Notes: generated by a model from the sequence alone, not told the origin. Positions 1-11,336 are shown, counted from the stretch's first letter. The stretch: 64,000 nucleotides of DNA from Nitrosopumilus sp. (GCA_965206745.1 OZ242220.1:1056001-1120000), one strand, 5' to 3'. Translations and numbers: made by a program.

Positions 1-576
1 GACAAGGTAGAGACATTCCCTATTGCTGGAACAAGAAAGGTCACAGACGATGAGAAAGAGAACGAGGCGCTATCAAAGGAGCTAATCGAGGACCAAAAGG
101 AGCTAGCAGAGCACACGATGCTTGTGGATTTGGGCAGAAACGACATCGGCAGAGTCTGCAAGTATGGAACAGTCCACCTAGAATCACTAATGGAGATAAA
201 GCGATTCAGCCACGTCCAGCACATAGTCAGTCACGTTGTTGGCAGTCTGGCACCTGAAAGCGACATGTTTGACGCGTTTCAGGCAGTATTTCCAGCAGGA
301 ACCGTATCGGGGGCGCCAAAGGTTAGGGCAATGGAGATTATCGACGAGCTGGAGACAGAGGCCAGAGGACCATATGCAGGGGCAGTCGGATACTTTTCGT
401 ATAACGGGTGTTGTGACTTTGCAATTGCAATTAGAAGTATCTTCATAAAGGACGGCAAGGGCTTTGTCCAGTCAGGGGCAGGAATCGTATCGGACTCTGT
501 TGCCAAAAACGAGTTCAAGGAAACAGAGCACAAGGCAGGAGCGATGCTTCAGGCACTAAGGGAGGCAGCAGATTGA
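1..576 (+). CDS. trpE: Anthranilate synthase component I, 5'-truncated by the window edge
   Basis: Frame is open from base 1 (DKVETFPIAGTRK...). Motifs EHTMLVDLGRND, FPAGTVSGAPK and RGPYAGAVGY; first of the trp genes. Confidence 0.96.
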   Translation, partial: DKVETFPIAGTRKVTDDEKENEALSKELIEDQKELAEHTMLVDLGRNDIGRVCKYGTVHLESLMEIKRFSHVQHIVSHVVGSLAPESDMFDAFQAVFPAGTVSGAPKVRAMEIIDELETEARGPYAGAVGYFSYNGCCDFAIAIRSIFIKDGKGFVQSGAGIVSDSVAKNEFKETEHKAGAMLQALREAAD

Positions 577-1169
577 AGTTTCTAATTATCGACAATTATG
601 ATTCGTTTGTATACAACATTGCGCAATATTTGGGAGAGTTGGGAGTAGAGTGTGACGTGATCAGAAATGACAAGATCACATTGCAGCAGATCAAGGAGAG
701 AGGCTATGATGCAATAATAATATCCCCAGGTCCCGGGACGCCAGAGGATCAAAAATACTTTGGAGTGTGCTCAAAAGTCATCAGGGAGATAGGTCCGAAC
801 ATCCCAATTCTGGGAGTATGTCTGGGGCATCAGGGAATCATCTATGCGTTTGGCGGCAAGGTTACAAACGCAGGATGCGTAAGACATGGAAAGACCAGTC
901 CCGTGAAACATTCAGAGTCAAAGCTGTTTGCAGATGTCAAGAACCCGTTTAGTGCAACAAGGTATCACAGTCTGGTAGGGGACAAGACAGTAATCCCAGA
1001 GGTACTCAAAGTTACGGCCACGGCATCTGATGATGGGGAGGTCATGGCAGTAGAGCACAGAGAATTCTTAATCCAGGGGGTACAGTTCCATCCAGAATCA
1101 ATAATGACTCCAGAGGGCAGAAAGATTCTTGGCAACTTTATCAGCCAAGTCAGGGAGAGGATAAAATGA
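573..1169 (+). CDS. trpG: Anthranilate synthase component II (glutamine amidotransferase)
   Basis: IIDNYDSF, SPGPG, GVCLGHQ, RYHSL and QFHPES class I GATase motifs; 4-bp overlap with trpE. Confidence 0.96.
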   Translation: MKFLIIDNYDSFVYNIAQYLGELGVECDVIRNDKITLQQIKERGYDAIIISPGPGTPEDQKYFGVCSKVIREIGPNIPILGVCLGHQGIIYAFGGKVTNAGCVRHGKTSPVKHSESKLFADVKNPFSATRYHSLVGDKTVIPEVLKVTATASDDGEVMAVEHREFLIQGVQFHPESIMTPEGRKILGNFISQVRERIK

Positions 1170-2212
1170 TATCAGGAATCATCTCCAAACTGCAGCAAAA
1201 AACAGACCTGACATATGATGAGATAAACAATGTCATGACAGACATTTTATCTGGCAGGACAGATGATGCAGAAAATTCAGACTTTCTCTCATACCTTGCA
1301 GAAAAAGGGGAGACAGATGACGAACTGCTAGGGATGCTCGACAAGATGCAGCAACTCTCACTAAAAGTCGAGCCTGAAAACCAAGGAGCACTCGTAGACA
1401 TGTGCGGGACGGGAGGCGACAGACTCCAGACATTTAACATATCGACTACGGCATCATTTGTGGTGGCAGCAGCAGGTGGAAGGGTGGCAAAGCACGGGAA
1501 CCGCTCAAGCTCGGGAGTTTCAGGCAGTGCAGATATTTTTGAATACCTCGGATATGACTTGGATTTGGAACCTGCAAGGGTTGCAGACATACTAGAAAAG
1601 CACAGCATCTGCTTTATGTTTGCACAAAAGTTCCATCCGGCAATGAGGCACGTCTCATCTGCAAGAAGGCAGTTGGGGAAGAGGACCGCCTTTAACCTTC
1701 TAGGACCGCTATCAAACCCTGCAGGTGTGAAAAACCAGCTGGTAGGAGTATTCTCGACAGAATATTTAGACAGGCTGCCATTGTTGCTAAAAAGAAAGGG
1801 GGCAAGAAACATCATGACAGTTTGCTCCGATGAGGGGGCAGACGAATTCTCCACCAGTGCAGTCAACCGCGTATGCATGCTAAAAGACGGCAAGGTGCTA
1901 AAAAGTACAGTGGATTCCCAAGAGATAGGGCTGCATAGATCCAGATTGCAAGACATTCAAATAAGTACAAAGCAGGATGCGATCAGATCGTTTGTGAAGA
2001 TACTAGAGAATACTGCAAGCCAGGCAATGACTGAGACTACTGCACTAAATGCGGCAGGAGGCCTGATTGTCGCAGGTATCTCCAAAGACTTTGAGGAGGC
2101 AGTGGAACTCGCACTAGACACAATAGAGAGCGGCAAGGCATTCTCGCTGTTGGAAAAGTTTGTACGTGACACAGGGGATAGCTCAAAGATAAAGGAGATG
2201 ACTAATGGCTGA
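1166..2212 (+). CDS. trpD: Anthranilate phosphoribosyltransferase
   Basis: DMCGTGGD, NIST, KHGNRS and FNLLGPLSNP motifs. Confidence 0.97.
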   Translation: MISGIISKLQQKTDLTYDEINNVMTDILSGRTDDAENSDFLSYLAEKGETDDELLGMLDKMQQLSLKVEPENQGALVDMCGTGGDRLQTFNISTTASFVVAAAGGRVAKHGNRSSSGVSGSADIFEYLGYDLDLEPARVADILEKHSICFMFAQKFHPAMRHVSSARRQLGKRTAFNLLGPLSNPAGVKNQLVGVFSTEYLDRLPLLLKRKGARNIMTVCSDEGADEFSTSAVNRVCMLKDGKVLKSTVDSQEIGLHRSRLQDIQISTKQDAIRSFVKILENTASQAMTETTALNAAGGLIVAGISKDFEEAVELALDTIESGKAFSLLEKFVRDTGDSSKIKEMTNG

Positions 2213-2981
2213 AAACATTCTGCGAAGACTGGTAAACAACTCGCAGATGGCAATTGATGACGGGGTGTACGATGTGGATGCAAGTATGCAGAGATCAGCC
2301 AAGGACCTTCTTGCCACAATCAAGACAAACCAGCATGCAACGCTGATTACGGAGGTAAAGTTTGCATCTCCCTCCCTAGGCAAGATCAGGACCCTGACAG
2401 ATCCTCTCAGCATTGCAAAACAGATGATTGCAGGAGGCTCAAAAGCTCTCTCAGTGCTGACTCAGCCACACTTGTTTCATGGCTCACCAGAGTACTTTAT
2501 GAAGATAAGGGCAGGGGTGGATGTTCCAATGCTGATGAAAGACATCATGATTGACAAAGTCCAGATTGATGCTGCAAAGAAGATCGGGGCAGACTATATG
2601 CTGGTGATTCAATCACTGTACGAGCAGAAATTTCTATCAGACATTGACGAGTTTATCGGCTATGGCCACAAACAGGGATTGAAGGTCTTACTTGAAGTGC
2701 ACACCAGAGAAGAACTCAAAAATGCACTAAACACAGAGGCAGACCTGATTGGAATCAACAACAGGAATCTTGACACACTCAAAGTTGATCTGAGAACCAC
2801 ACAGTCCATTCTTTCGGGAATGGAAAAAACAAGGCCGATACTCTCAGAGAGCGGAATCAACACACCTGAAGACATACAACATCTAAAAAAATGCGGGGCT
2901 GACGCGTTCCTGATAGGCTCAAGCATAATGCAAAGTGAGAACATTGAAGAACAGGTAAAGAGATTGGTGAATGCGTATTGA
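2205..2981 (+). CDS. trpC: Indole-3-glycerol phosphate synthase
   Basis: [25 protein letters not shown] and SESGI motifs. Confidence 0.95.
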   Translation: MAENILRRLVNNSQMAIDDGVYDVDASMQRSAKDLLATIKTNQHATLITEVKFASPSLGKIRTLTDPLSIAKQMIAGGSKALSVLTQPHLFHGSPEYFMKIRAGVDVPMLMKDIMIDKVQIDAAKKIGADYMLVIQSLYEQKFLSDIDEFIGYGHKQGLKVLLEVHTREELKNALNTEADLIGINNRNLDTLKVDLRTTQSILSGMEKTRPILSESGINTPEDIQHLKKCGADAFLIGSSIMQSENIEEQVKRLVNAY

Positions 2982-4165
2982 GATATCCTAAAAACGGCAG
3001 GTTTGGGGAATTTGGCGGAAAGTACATTCCTGAGACCCTTGTTCCAGCAATCGAGGAGCTAGAGGAGAACTATCTCAAATTCAAAAACGACAAAAAATTC
3101 AAAAAAGAGCTAGACTACTATCTAAAGACCTACGCTGGAAGGCCAACACCATTGTACTATGCAAAAAATCTATCTGAAAGGATAGGAGGCGCCAAAATTT
3201 ACCTTAAACGAGAAGACCTGCTACATGGAGGAGCTCACAAAATCAACAACACACTGGGTCAGGCATTGCTTGCAAAAAAGATGAACAAGAAAAGGATCAT
3301 TGCAGAGACAGGTGCAGGTCAGCACGGGGTTGCAACTGCAATGGCATGTGCGGCACTGGGAATGAAGGCAGAGGTGTACATGGGGTACAAAGACACGGTA
3401 AGGCAGAAGCAAAACGTTCTTAGAATGAACATGCTTGGCTGTAAAGTCCATCCGGTAAAATCAGGCTCAAAAACCCTCAAGGATGCAATTAACGAGGCAA
3501 TTCGTGACTGGATTACAAATGTGGGGAACACATACTATTTGCTGGGATCGGCAGTTGGACCTCACCCATACCCCGTAATGGTACGAGACTTTCAAAGTGT
3601 GATTGGAGATGAGATAAAAATGCAGATGAGGAAGATCAACAAAACGCCAGATACTGTAATTGCATGTGTCGGAGGAGGCTCCAACGCAATCGGGACGTTC
3701 TATCCGCTAGCAGATTCTGATTCAGAGATTATCGGGGTGGAAGCTGCAGGCCGCGGATTAAAATCCAGAATGCATTCAGCAACACTGTCAGCTGGAAGCA
3801 AGGGAGTATTGCACGGAATGATGACATATCTGCTCCAAGACAAGGAAGGTCAAGTCACAGAGACGCACAGTATTTCAGCAGGGCTTGACTATCCCGGAGT
3901 CGGACCTGAGCATTCATACTATAAGGACACTGGACGAGTAAAATATCATTCAGCAACAGATGTCGAGGTTATTGATGCATTTCTATTACTAACTAGAACG
4001 GAGGGGATTATTCCTGCTTTGGAATCATCTCATGCAATAGCAGAAGCAGTAAAGGTTGCAAGAAAGGGCAAGAGAACCGAGTCCATCGTGGTGACTCTTT
4101 CAGGACGTGGAGACAAAGACATCGAGGAAGTACAGGACTATTTGAGCAAGCATGACAAGAATTGA
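2978..4165 (+). CDS. trpB: Tryptophan synthase beta chain
   Basis: [15 protein letters not shown] (PLP lysine), [15 protein letters not shown] and [13 protein letters not shown] motifs. Confidence 0.98.
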   Translation: MRYPKNGRFGEFGGKYIPETLVPAIEELEENYLKFKNDKKFKKELDYYLKTYAGRPTPLYYAKNLSERIGGAKIYLKREDLLHGGAHKINNTLGQALLAKKMNKKRIIAETGAGQHGVATAMACAALGMKAEVYMGYKDTVRQKQNVLRMNMLGCKVHPVKSGSKTLKDAINEAIRDWITNVGNTYYLLGSAVGPHPYPVMVRDFQSVIGDEIKMQMRKINKTPDTVIACVGGGSNAIGTFYPLADSDSEIIGVEAAGRGLKSRMHSATLSAGSKGVLHGMMTYLLQDKEGQVTETHSISAGLDYPGVGPEHSYYKDTGRVKYHSATDVEVIDAFLLLTRTEGIIPALESSHAIAEAVKVARKGKRTESIVVTLSGRGDKDIEEVQDYLSKHDKN

Positions 4166-4952
4166 AGAAAAGTTTGCAGAGTTGAGGGCAAAAGGCCAAA
4201 AGGCCCTAATAGCATACATCATGACAGGATTTCCAAATGAGAGGGCCACCATCTCCACAGTAAGGGGGCTGGTAAAGGGAGGGGCAGACATCATCGAGAT
4301 TGGATTCCCATTCTCAGATCCGCTAGCTGATGGACCCGTAATTCAAAATGCCAGTACCGTATCTCTGGAAAAGGGTACAAGGATTGCAAGGTTTTTCAGT
4401 CTTGTAAAAAAGATCAGAAAGGAGACAGATATCCCACTAGTACTCATGACCTATACCAACATCCTATACCACCAGGGATATGCAAAATTCATGACAGATG
4501 CCAAAAGGGCAGGGATAGACGGCTTTATCCTTCCAGACATGTCAATAGAAGAGTCCAAAGAATATCTGCAGGCAGCTAAAAACAAGGCAGATACAATATT
4601 CCTAATCTCACCAAATACCAGCAGCGCAAGAATTAAGAAGATATCAGAGGTATCATCGGGATTTTTGTATCTTGTTGCCGTATTTGGAACCACAGGAGTA
4701 AAGACAGGGATTAAAAGATACACGTTGGATGCAATAAAGCAAGTCAAGGGACAGACCAAGGGGAGGATCCCAGTAGGAGTAGGGTTCGGAGTCTCAACGC
4801 CAGATGATGTCAGAACATACATCAAGGCAGGTGCAGATGCAGTGATTGTAGGAAGTGCTTATTTGAAATTGATTGAAAAGACACCGCAAAATAAGATAGA
4901 GTCAAAGATTGCATCATTTACAAAAAGTCTCAAAAAACAGACATTGTCCTAA
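4152..4952 (+). CDS. trpA: Tryptophan synthase alpha chain
   Basis: [22 protein letters not shown] and VIVGSA motifs. Confidence 0.97.
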   Translation: MTRIEEKFAELRAKGQKALIAYIMTGFPNERATISTVRGLVKGGADIIEIGFPFSDPLADGPVIQNASTVSLEKGTRIARFFSLVKKIRKETDIPLVLMTYTNILYHQGYAKFMTDAKRAGIDGFILPDMSIEESKEYLQAAKNKADTIFLISPNTSSARIKKISEVSSGFLYLVAVFGTTGVKTGIKRYTLDAIKQVKGQTKGRIPVGVGFGVSTPDDVRTYIKAGADAVIVGSAYLKLIEKTPQNKIESKIASFTKSLKKQTLS

Positions 4953-5012
4953 AAAAGCGTCGGAGTTGGCGGTCAAGAATACACGAACTTACAAAGAGGA
5001 ACCCTTTCAATT

Positions 5013-5375
5013 ATGGCCGCCAAACTAGAAGTTCTCATAATACAATATACAGAGAAAGATAAAACATCAACGGTGTCAGTTCCTGAAATTCATTTGAAAA
5101 GAGGGCAGATTGTTTACAAGTGTAAAGATCGGGATTGTTCAAGGCTTCAAGGGAGTCAAAGATGGGACGGTATGTTCTGGCCACAAATGGTGATCAGATC
5201 TTCATATTTGACCAAAGTCGGAGATTTTTTGAATCGGACGAAGATCCGTATTTTAGGTCTCAGATTAGTCCCGAACAATGCACTGTTAAACATAATGGTG
5301 TTTTCACATGTCCGATACAAACGATACGGCCGATCCCTCCCCCCCCAAAAACAATCTGTTTTTAATTTCAGATGA
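5013..5375 (+). pseudogene. Probable degraded or frameshifted gene relic (overlapping short frames 5013-5375 and 5135-5365)
   Basis: The 480-bp trpA-pyrG gap holds two overlapping + frames that each look only partly protein-like, plus a C8 tract at 5339-5346. Confidence 0.3.
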
Positions 5376-5433
5376 CCCACCCCAGAGAGATTGATTATTA
5401 AAGAAATAAAAGCCAACAACCCAATGTGGAATA

Positions 5434-7092
5434 TTGAGTAAAAATCCAGAAACAAAACCACAGGCAAATGGCAGAAAGGCGATCAATTCGAATCAGACAA
5501 AGTTCATTTTTGTCACAGGCGGTGTGATGTCTGGCCTAGGAAAAGGCGTAACGACTTCCTCAATTGCAAAATTACTACAATTAGCGGATCAAAAGGTATC
5601 ATGCATCAAGATAGACCCATATCTTAACTATGATGCAGGAACGATGAATCCTGTCGCACATGGCGAAGTCTTTGTCACAGACGATGGGGGTGAATGCGAT
5701 ATGGATATTGGAAACTATGAGAGATTCCTAAATCAGAATATTCCCAAAAGCCACAACATTACAACTGCGCAAGTCTATTCATCAGTCATCGAGGCAGAAA
5801 GAAGGGGGGAGTATCTTGGAGCATGTGTTCAGATAATTCCACACGTTACTGATGAGATTAAAAACAGAATTATCAAAATAACAGAAGATGAAAAACTTGA
5901 CTTTTTGATTGTAGAGTGTGGCGGAACTGTCGGAGATATAGAATCACTTCCATTTCTGGAGGCACTAAGGCAGATGAGAGTGGAAGAAGGCCCACAAAAC
6001 GTAATTTTTGTCCATGTAACATTGGCCCCATCATTGGATGTCGTAGGTGAGCAAAAGACAAAGCCCACACAACATAGCGTTCAGGAACTAAGGAGGATAG
6101 GCATTCAGCCAGACTTTTTGGCAGTCAGATGTACCTTGCCACTAGAGGAGAAAACAAAGAAAAAGATTGCAATGTTTACAAATGTCACAACCAGAGATGT
6201 TTTATCATGCCATGACGCAAAATCAATCTTCAAAGTCCCCCAAATGTTATACGACCAAGGAATCATGGATTCAATATTTACAAAGTTTGGCAAAGTCGGG
6301 ATGGTAAATGCATCGGCAAACTGGGATAAATGGAATGAGATTGCTCAGAACATGATAAATCATGAAAACGACAAGATCAAGATAGCAATGGTTGGAAAAT
6401 ATGTTACCCTAACAGACAGTTATGTGAGTGTAAATCATGCATTAAAACATGCAGGGGCAAAAATTGGCAAATCAATTGATATTGGATGGATTGATTCAGA
6501 ATCAATTACAGATTACAGCGTACTTTCAGAGTATGATGGAATTTTAGTACCGGGAGGATTTGGCACCAGGGGATCAGAGGGAATCATTCATACTGCAAAC
6601 TATGCCAGAGAGAAGAACATACCGTATCTTGGGATATGTTTTGGGTTCCAATTGGCTGCAATAGCATTTGGGCGAAACGTCCTGAACCTAGAGGATGCAA
6701 ACTCGACTGAAATCAAGGCAGATGCAAAGAACCCGATTGTGGATTTGCTTCCAGAGCAGAAAGAGATTTCAGAGATGGGAGGCTCACTCAGACTAGGGGC
6801 AAATGAGATCATCATCAAGGAGGATACAAACGCCAAGAGAATCTACAATTCTGCAACAATCAGCAAGCGTCACAGGCACAGATATGAGATAAATCAGGAA
6901 TACATTCCCCAATTTGAAAAGAATGGTCTCGTATTTTCAGCAGAAAGTGACGGGGGGAAGAGGATGGAGATACTAGAGATTCCATCGCACAAGTTCTATC
7001 TGGGGGTACAGTTTCATCCGGAATTTAACAGTAGGCCAGGATTACCTGAAGAGTCGTTTTCGGCATTTATCAAGGCAGCATCTGTAAAATAG
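5434..7092 (+). CDS. pyrG: CTP synthase
   Basis: [40 protein letters not shown] and QFHPEF motifs. Confidence 0.98.
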   Translation: MSKNPETKPQANGRKAINSNQTKFIFVTGGVMSGLGKGVTTSSIAKLLQLADQKVSCIKIDPYLNYDAGTMNPVAHGEVFVTDDGGECDMDIGNYERFLNQNIPKSHNITTAQVYSSVIEAERRGEYLGACVQIIPHVTDEIKNRIIKITEDEKLDFLIVECGGTVGDIESLPFLEALRQMRVEEGPQNVIFVHVTLAPSLDVVGEQKTKPTQHSVQELRRIGIQPDFLAVRCTLPLEEKTKKKIAMFTNVTTRDVLSCHDAKSIFKVPQMLYDQGIMDSIFTKFGKVGMVNASANWDKWNEIAQNMINHENDKIKIAMVGKYVTLTDSYVSVNHALKHAGAKIGKSIDIGWIDSESITDYSVLSEYDGILVPGGFGTRGSEGIIHTANYAREKNIPYLGICFGFQLAAIAFGRNVLNLEDANSTEIKADAKNPIVDLLPEQKEISEMGGSLRLGANEIIIKEDTNAKRIYNSATISKRHRHRYEINQEYIPQFEKNGLVFSAESDGGKRMEILEIPSHKFYLGVQFHPEFNSRPGLPEESFSAFIKAASVK

Positions 7093-7227
7093 CATGCAAG
7101 GGGGAACAGGGTTCCATAAATTGGAGCATGAGGGTTACGCAGATGGCACATCAAACGAGACCATCATCAGTGACGCAGCAAGAGTCATTGCAGATTCAGG
7201 AATCCATCAGAAGACAAGGATTGGGAA

Positions 7228-8226
7228 TTACTCGATCTTTGAGATTTGGTAAATTTTCTGCCTTGCATCCCTAATTGAGACTTTCTTTTTGACATAGCCT
7301 TTTTTGAGCAAGTGGCTCAATGCCAGACGGACAGTTCTGTCAGGGAGCAATGTTTTGTTTGCCAAGTCTTTTTGAGTCAATGCGCCCTCATACTCCAAGG
7401 TCTTCAAAAGCAGCTTGGAGCTAGGTGGCATGCTAAGGAGTTCTTCTGCAAGATGTACTTTTTTTGCCAGTGCAGAGATTGCAGTAGAATCTTTTTTGAG
7501 TCGAATAATTTGTGCATGAGGGAAAAACTGTGTGCATTCAACAGTTTTCTTTACCTTGTATCTATCCAAGCCGTCCAAAACCACCTCACAGTACAGTCTT
7601 GCAGAGATATCATCAATCTCAATAGAACTGTTATTTGAGACAATGATTGGCCTGCGGGTTACATCAAGGGAGTTTACAGAGATTATCTCAAACACGGCAG
7701 AATCCTGAAACAGTACAGGTCCTCCGGCAGACATGGAATAGGCAGAAGAACCAATTGGTGTAGATACAATTATTCCGTCACTGTTATCGTGCCAAACCTC
7801 ATCTCCATTAACGCGTAATGTATGCTCCATCAGCATTGCACTCTTTGATGAGAAAACTGCAACGTCATTTAGCACAGGATAAACATTTTTTCCATCAATC
7901 TTGACACCGAGTCTTGGAACCTGTTCAACCTTGTAGTTTTGCTTCTTCAACAGGCCAACATATGATGAAAATTCCCGCAGTTCAATTTGAGCCAAAAATC
8001 CACTTGCCTCCCCTTCGTTGATTCCCAGTACAGGCAAGGTTGAATCAAAGGTACGGTGAAAATAGTTCCTCACCCCCTTATCACCGCCAAGCACAATGAT
8101 GCAATCGGCCTGTCTGTTCTTTGATTTTGTGATTGGAAAAGACGTGATTCCAGATTCATCGAGAATTTTTTTAATGGTCTTTGCAGCAGAATGTGTACTG
8201 TTTGAACCGTAAATGCCTATTTGCAT
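7228..8226 (-). CDS. NAD kinase-family protein fused to a C-terminal winged helix-turn-helix domain
   Basis: VLND and DGIIVSTPIGSSAYSMSAGGP NAD-kinase motifs; GGDKG in place of GGDGT; C-terminal LTQKDLANKTLLPDRTVRLALSHLLKKGYV...DARQKIY is MarR-like. Confidence 0.88.
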   Translation of the reverse strand: MQIGIYGSNSTHSAAKTIKKILDESGITSFPITKSKNRQADCIIVLGGDKGVRNYFHRTFDSTLPVLGINEGEASGFLAQIELREFSSYVGLLKKQNYKVEQVPRLGVKIDGKNVYPVLNDVAVFSSKSAMLMEHTLRVNGDEVWHDNSDGIIVSTPIGSSAYSMSAGGPVLFQDSAVFEIISVNSLDVTRRPIIVSNNSSIEIDDISARLYCEVVLDGLDRYKVKKTVECTQFFPHAQIIRLKKDSTAISALAKKVHLAEELLSMPPSSKLLLKTLEYEGALTQKDLANKTLLPDRTVRLALSHLLKKGYVKKKVSIRDARQKIYQISKIE

Positions 8227-8266
8227 AGAAGAATCATTGAATTTGGTTCAATAAAAGAATAACACA

Positions 8267-9136
8267 TCACAAGTCTCGAAATTTCACCAAATTGTAAAAA
8301 TATGAGGCATTTGTTTGGATTGTTCCTTTTTTAGGAATTTTTTGCAAACCCACGTTCTTTGATTCCAATGCGGCCTGCACAGCACCGCCTGCAAAACAGA
8401 GGGCCCACAAAAAATCCTTTTCTTTGAGCATGGTACAAGTAAACGTAGTAGAAAGAATATCGCCGATGCCTGTGGTATCATGAATTCGCATATTAGGCAA
8501 CACTATTGAATAAATTTTGTCTTTTGCCAACAGTGAGACAGTAGATTTGTCAGTCAGTAGCACGTACTTTACTCCTTTTTTCTGCAATGCCAGCATCATT
8601 TCATCATGAGTCCCATCAACAATTTGCCTGGATTCTTCGGGATTGACCTTGATTGCATCAACGCAGGATAAATCAAGATCAGTCTTTTCCAAGAAAATAT
8701 TATTTTGTGAGTCCTTGCGTCTCAAAAATCCCTGAGGATCAGCAAAAAGAAAATTTGAATCATTTTTTATTTTTTTAAATGTGTCATCAGATATCTCATG
8801 ATAGATAGGATTGACAATATGACCATCAGCGCTACTTTCAGAAACATCGATTGGCTCGCATTCATTTTCAAGTTTCAATGTTCTATCAGAGCCCGTAATC
8901 GAGATACTAAATTTCGTGGTATTTTTTTGTGATTCTGAATTTACAAGGTTGATTTTGTGTTCAGTCAAGTACTGTTTGGGAAAATCAGGTCCAAACTTTG
9001 TAAACAAATCCACATCAAACTTGAATTGCCTTGCAGTAATTCCAGAATAACAGGCAGCACCGCCAATTTGCTCATAGTTATTTCCACCAATTGTGATGGT
9101 GTCTATTGCGCAATGGGAAAAAATGGCCAGTTTCAT
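8267..9136 (-). CDS. PfkB/ribokinase-family carbohydrate or nucleoside kinase
   Basis: GGAACY N-terminal motif, DPQG, KVNPEE and DTTGIGD anion-hole motif. Confidence 0.85.
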   Translation of the reverse strand: MKLAIFSHCAIDTITIGGNNYEQIGGAACYSGITARQFKFDVDLFTKFGPDFPKQYLTEHKINLVNSESQKNTTKFSISITGSDRTLKLENECEPIDVSESSADGHIVNPIYHEISDDTFKKIKNDSNFLFADPQGFLRRKDSQNNIFLEKTDLDLSCVDAIKVNPEESRQIVDGTHDEMMLALQKKGVKYVLLTDKSTVSLLAKDKIYSIVLPNMRIHDTTGIGDILSTTFTCTMLKEKDFLWALCFAGGAVQAALESKNVGLQKIPKKGTIQTNASYFYNLVKFRDL

Positions 9137-9398
9137 GTCTCTTGTCTTTGATCAGTTCTGATTTAGTTTTTTGCATTTTTTTTATCTATGCAGTCCTGAC
9201 AGATTATATCACCGTGAATTACCACTACCTCAACCCCGGACCTAAAGCAACTATGGCACAGACCACGCATGAGATATCATTAGGATTTATTCGATCTAGG
9301 ATTAAAACATGTAGAACATTCAGTCCAGTTCTAGGCACAAAAAAGAAGATTTCGTGAAAATTCTACAAGAATATAAGTAGGCAAATTTGCTCATCATC

Positions 9399-9686
9399 AT
9401 GCCACTTAAACGTGCAAGTAGAGGCCGTACAAAAGGAGGGAAAGGATCCTCTGGAACTGTACAATGCACAAACTGTGGACAGACAGTGCCAAAAGATAAG
9501 GCAAAAAAAGTCACATCCAAATTAAACCTAGTTGAGCATACATTGGCAAAGGAGCTACGCGCACAGGGAGCATACATTGCATCACCCACAGTTTTGAAAC
9601 ATTATTGCATCTCGTGTGCAATTCATTTCAAAATTCTAAAGATTAGATCAGCGGACAATAGAAGAAAACGCGGAAAACTTCGCTAG
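9399..9686 (+). CDS. rps26e: 30S ribosomal protein S26e
   Basis: MPLKRASRGR...VQCTNCG...VPKDKAKK...YCISCAIH...IRS; ATG at 9399 preferred over the upstream TTG. Confidence 0.95.
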   Translation: MPLKRASRGRTKGGKGSSGTVQCTNCGQTVPKDKAKKVTSKLNLVEHTLAKELRAQGAYIASPTVLKHYCISCAIHFKILKIRSADNRRKRGKLR

Positions 9687-9688
9687 TA

Positions 9689-10270
9689 TCACTCTTTGAT
9701 GTTTTTTGCAGTGAAAACCATTCTTTGTATCAGGGTGATTCCCGCAATTATCACCACTATGACCACGGCATATTCCATAAAGCCGACCATGCCGATTATT
9801 CCAATTACCAAAAGCCTTTCAGCCCGCTCACCGATTCCAATTCCCTGAAGTTTTATGCCAATAATGTCCGATTTTGATCTTGCATAGCTTACCAACAGTG
9901 ACAGAGTGATTGCAAGTAATACAAGATAGGGTTCGGCATATCCGCCAACAAGGATTCCTAAAAATATTGCAACCTCTGCAATCTTGTCAAACATCGAATC
10001 AAGATATTCTCCTTTTTTGGAAGTCTTTCCAGTTATCCTGGCAACCTGACCATCAACCATATCAAAAAATCCTGAGGCAAGCAGCAACACACCGCCAATA
10101 ACCAATCCAAACTCAATTCCCATACCATATACAACTGCAGATACCAGTGCAAATCCCAACCCTACAAAGGTCCAGAAATTTGCAGACAGTCCAGTGGATG
10201 CAAACCCTTTGCCAATCTTTTCCAAAGTGGGTCCAAGTCTATCCCGCAGATTATTTAACACGAGATACAC
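9689..10270 (-). CDS. CDP-alcohol phosphatidyltransferase (archaetidylinositol/glycerol phosphate synthase family)
   Basis: DMVDGQVAR...GEYLDSMFD signature; several transmembrane segments. Confidence 0.92.
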   Translation of the reverse strand: MYLVLNNLRDRLGPTLEKIGKGFASTGLSANFWTFVGLGFALVSAVVYGMGIEFGLVIGGVLLLASGFFDMVDGQVARITGKTSKKGEYLDSMFDKIAEVAIFLGILVGGYAEPYLVLLAITLSLLVSYARSKSDIIGIKLQGIGIGERAERLLVIGIIGMVGFMEYAVVIVVIIAGITLIQRMVFTAKNIKE

Positions 10271-10457
10271 TCAAAACACCATCTAATAAAGTCAACAGAC
10301 GTAAAAAGGAGGCAAGACAGGCTAAAAAACCGCCAATCTGCACAGAATTATGGAATCAGGATAAATTGCAATGTCAGACATATGATGGGTGCCAGGTATT
10401 TTGACTAGACTGGTATAGTTTGATTTTTACAAAATCAGATGCGCAGATTGTAAAATG

Positions 10458-11333
10458 TCAGCCATTTTGAGACAGGTTAATTGCAATCAGAGTGGAGATA
10501 ATCTTTGCGGCCAGGGATGCAGTGGCGCCATTGTCATGATAAGGGTTTAACTCAACGATATCAACGCCGGTAACTTTGGTCTCTTCAAACGTGTGAATCA
10601 TATCAAAGAGTTCTCTGGAGGTTATCCCCACAGCTTCCGGATTGCCAACGCCGGGGGCGTATGCAGGGTCTAGAACATCAAGATCAAAGCTAGAATAAAC
10701 TGCATCAAATGAAGATACGTGGTCTTTTAGAAGGCCAGGCCCCTTGCCGTCTCGTATTTGTTTGTCAGTGATTGTCTTGATTTTGTTTTCAGCAAGAAAC
10801 TCCAACTCTTCCTTGACAAATGCCCTTGCACCAACATGCAAAATATTTTCAGAGCCTCTCTCCTCCACAATCCGTCTCAGGTAGGATGCGTGGCTTAGAT
10901 TAGTGTCTGCAAACTCATCACGTAAATCATAATGTGCGTCAAAGACTACATACCCAGTCTCTTTTGGAAAACTGGTATACGTGCCATATGTGATTGAATG
11001 CTCACCGCCCAAAATGAACAACTGCCTCTGTTTTGCCACAAGTTCGGCTGTGATTTTTTTTACCATGTCAACCATTTCAGATGCAACCACGGTGTGGCGA
11101 GTATTTCCCAAATCCTCGATGCTGGCAGACTCTAGATCAACTCCGAGTTCCGGATGAAAGATCTCAATGTTGTTAAATGAATCACGAATGGCATCAGGCC
11201 CAAATCTGCATCCGGGCTTGTAAGAGTGGGTGGCATCAAATGGGATTCCAAATATCGTTGCCACAGGCTCAGAATCATCATCAGATGCAGTGATTAGCGG
11301 GTTGTTATTCATGTAGAGATCAATGTAACTCAT
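10458..11333 (-). CDS. speB: Agmatinase (ureohydrolase family)
   Basis: GIPFD, GGEHSIT, FDAHYDL, SFDLDVLDP and DIVELNP motifs. Confidence 0.92.
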   Translation of the reverse strand: MSYIDLYMNNNPLITASDDDSEPVATIFGIPFDATHSYKPGCRFGPDAIRDSFNNIEIFHPELGVDLESASIEDLGNTRHTVVASEMVDMVKKITAELVAKQRQLFILGGEHSITYGTYTSFPKETGYVVFDAHYDLRDEFADTNLSHASYLRRIVEERGSENILHVGARAFVKEELEFLAENKIKTITDKQIRDGKGPGLLKDHVSSFDAVYSSFDLDVLDPAYAPGVGNPEAVGITSRELFDMIHTFEETKVTGVDIVELNPYHDNGATASLAAKIISTLIAINLSQNG

Positions 11334-11336
11334 TTT

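Noticed and set aside
1150-1956. 268-aa minus-strand ORF and the many similar antisense ORFs in the track
   Set aside because: They lie opposite well-supported genes, are Ser/Phe/Ile-rich shadows and carry no motifs.
7094-7252. 52-aa ORF immediately after pyrG (MQGGTGFHKLEH...)
   Set aside because: No recognisable motif, and it overlaps the convergent NAD-kinase-like gene; insufficient support.
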